Shown here: piece after piece, positions 62,795 through 64,000 of the stretch | Layout: the number at the start of each line of letters is the position of its first letter | Position numbering within the stretch: position 1 is the stretch's first letter | From: Anthoceros angustus | Taxonomy: Eukaryota > Plantae > Anthocerotophyta | Length of the DNA stretch: 64,000 nt | Assembly (NCBI GenBank): GCA_010909165.1 | Contig: MU008159.1 | Span: 1,426,001-1,490,000 of the forward strand | Direction: 5' to 3' | Program-made: the position numbers and the translations under genes | Notes under the pieces: generated by a model | What the model was told of the DNA's origin: nothing | Seen by the model: the letters and a program-made list of their open reading frames with translations, nothing else | Database searches by the model: none

Positions 62795-64000
62795 CTAATC
62801 TTTGGAAGAGCTTGCCTTGTCAGATGCCGCCGACTTCTTCCCACGATTATAGCGCTGCACCCCGAACCACCATGTTTAGATTTCTCCGAGAGATATAACA
62901 GACACAGAAAATACACAGCAAGCAAGAAAATATTCCAGACGCAAGATCTATTCTCATTGACGCAAGCTGGATGAGATGGCACAACAACCATCCTCACAAT
63001 GGACCCTAGTTGTTCACTCCAGCAACACCTTACAAACAAGTGAATAACACCTGCTCCTGGGGCATCAGAATAATACCTGCTTTCCGAAGGAGAAGGGCAC
63101 ATATCTGTACTTAATCATGTGTCTAATTTGCCGCTTCATTGTCAACACGAAGAGGACAACCCAATACAGCAGCAAGATTGGCCAGAACACTGGGACGTCG
63201 AAGATGGAGAAAAAAGTCAAAGAAAATGCAACGCAGAAGGCCTTAGTCAGCGCATACCTGCACATATGTCAACCATTTTAAGTCTAAACCAGTCAGCGAT
63301 CAACAACTCAATGACGCCCTGACTGCCAGATCCGCAAGCAACAGAAGAATAACATCAAGGGATAGAAGAAATCCTAGAATAAGCTGATGGCTGACCCGGA
63401 AGACAAGTCACAACGTTAACGACACAGGCAGGCTCAAGTTCCAGCTGACGTTATCATTCCAAGCCAATTGGAACTAGCACCGATATCACTAGTGCAGAAA
63501 CGGAACGGCGGCAAACCATGCTACTCACTCCGCAACAGCGAAAGAGTAATGAAAACAGCCCAATTGCAGAGGCAGAGCAACAACTAGCAGCTCGGTCGGT
63601 CAGAATACAAAGAAACAGATCAGACCTGTTCATCAGGAAACGTCAGGGGGTATGCAGCTCCATTCGATACGCATCACCTCCGAAGCTAATACAGGGGAAG
63701 AAAAAAACAGCGTCCAAAACAGGCAGAAAATGAGACACAAGCAAGGTAAGAAGCAAACCAGAATTTGAACTCCGGCAGGCGGCGAATGAAGGGCTTAAAC
63801 TCATCACTGCCCTTGGTCGGCAACGCAGGCCCCTCGTTCTCGGGGTCGATTTGAGGAGAAAGGAACCCTATCAAGAGGTTGAGGATGTAAATCCCCAAGC
63901 CATATGTGACGATGTAGAAACCCTTGACCGAATATACTCGCAGGCAGTAGATTGCGAAGGCCACGAGAGAGCCGGTCCAGCGAGCCACGGGATGCGGTGT
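62795..64000 (-). CDS. RER1: RER1 Golgi-to-ER retrieval receptor (5' end beyond the window)
   Basis: Exons >64000-63759 ([27 protein letters not shown]...[16 protein letters not shown]), 63257-63077 ([14 protein letters not shown]...[21 protein letters not shown]) and 62854-62795 ([19 protein letters not shown]-stop). Confidence 0.93.

Overview
Eukaryotic plant nuclear DNA. The best-fitting source is a hornwort-like bryophyte (inference): it has a canonical centrin, genes with ~80-110 nt introns and a phototropin with an intronless CDS. The assembly is indel-noisy, since 1-nt homopolymer deletions break even highly conserved genes such as centrin, so frameshifts are not evidence of pseudogenes here. 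Bases 1-30.6 kb are a nested transposon and tandem-repeat landscape: a 7-kb TG...CA element with a near-perfect 5-bp TSD, a 1.6-kb deleted relative, and two CACTA-like termini facing each other. These termini bracket a 7-exon centrin gene, a stand-alone divergent HECT E3-ligase gene and unknown ORFs. Bases 30.7-38.2 kb are a GC-rich, same-strand island: intronless riboflavin kinase/FMN hydrolase (FHY), an intron-containing tRNA-Met, and phototropin. After that come a MITE-like hairpin, a foldback satellite, an AT-rich kinesin-7 ending in a RING-H2-like finger, and intron-rich housekeeping genes (DWF5, LUC7, ALDH2B, partial RER1). The best candidates for something undescribed are the FHY-tRNA-PHOT island (an FMN-making enzyme beside an FMN photoreceptor), the orphan HECT gene and the kinesin-RING fusion.
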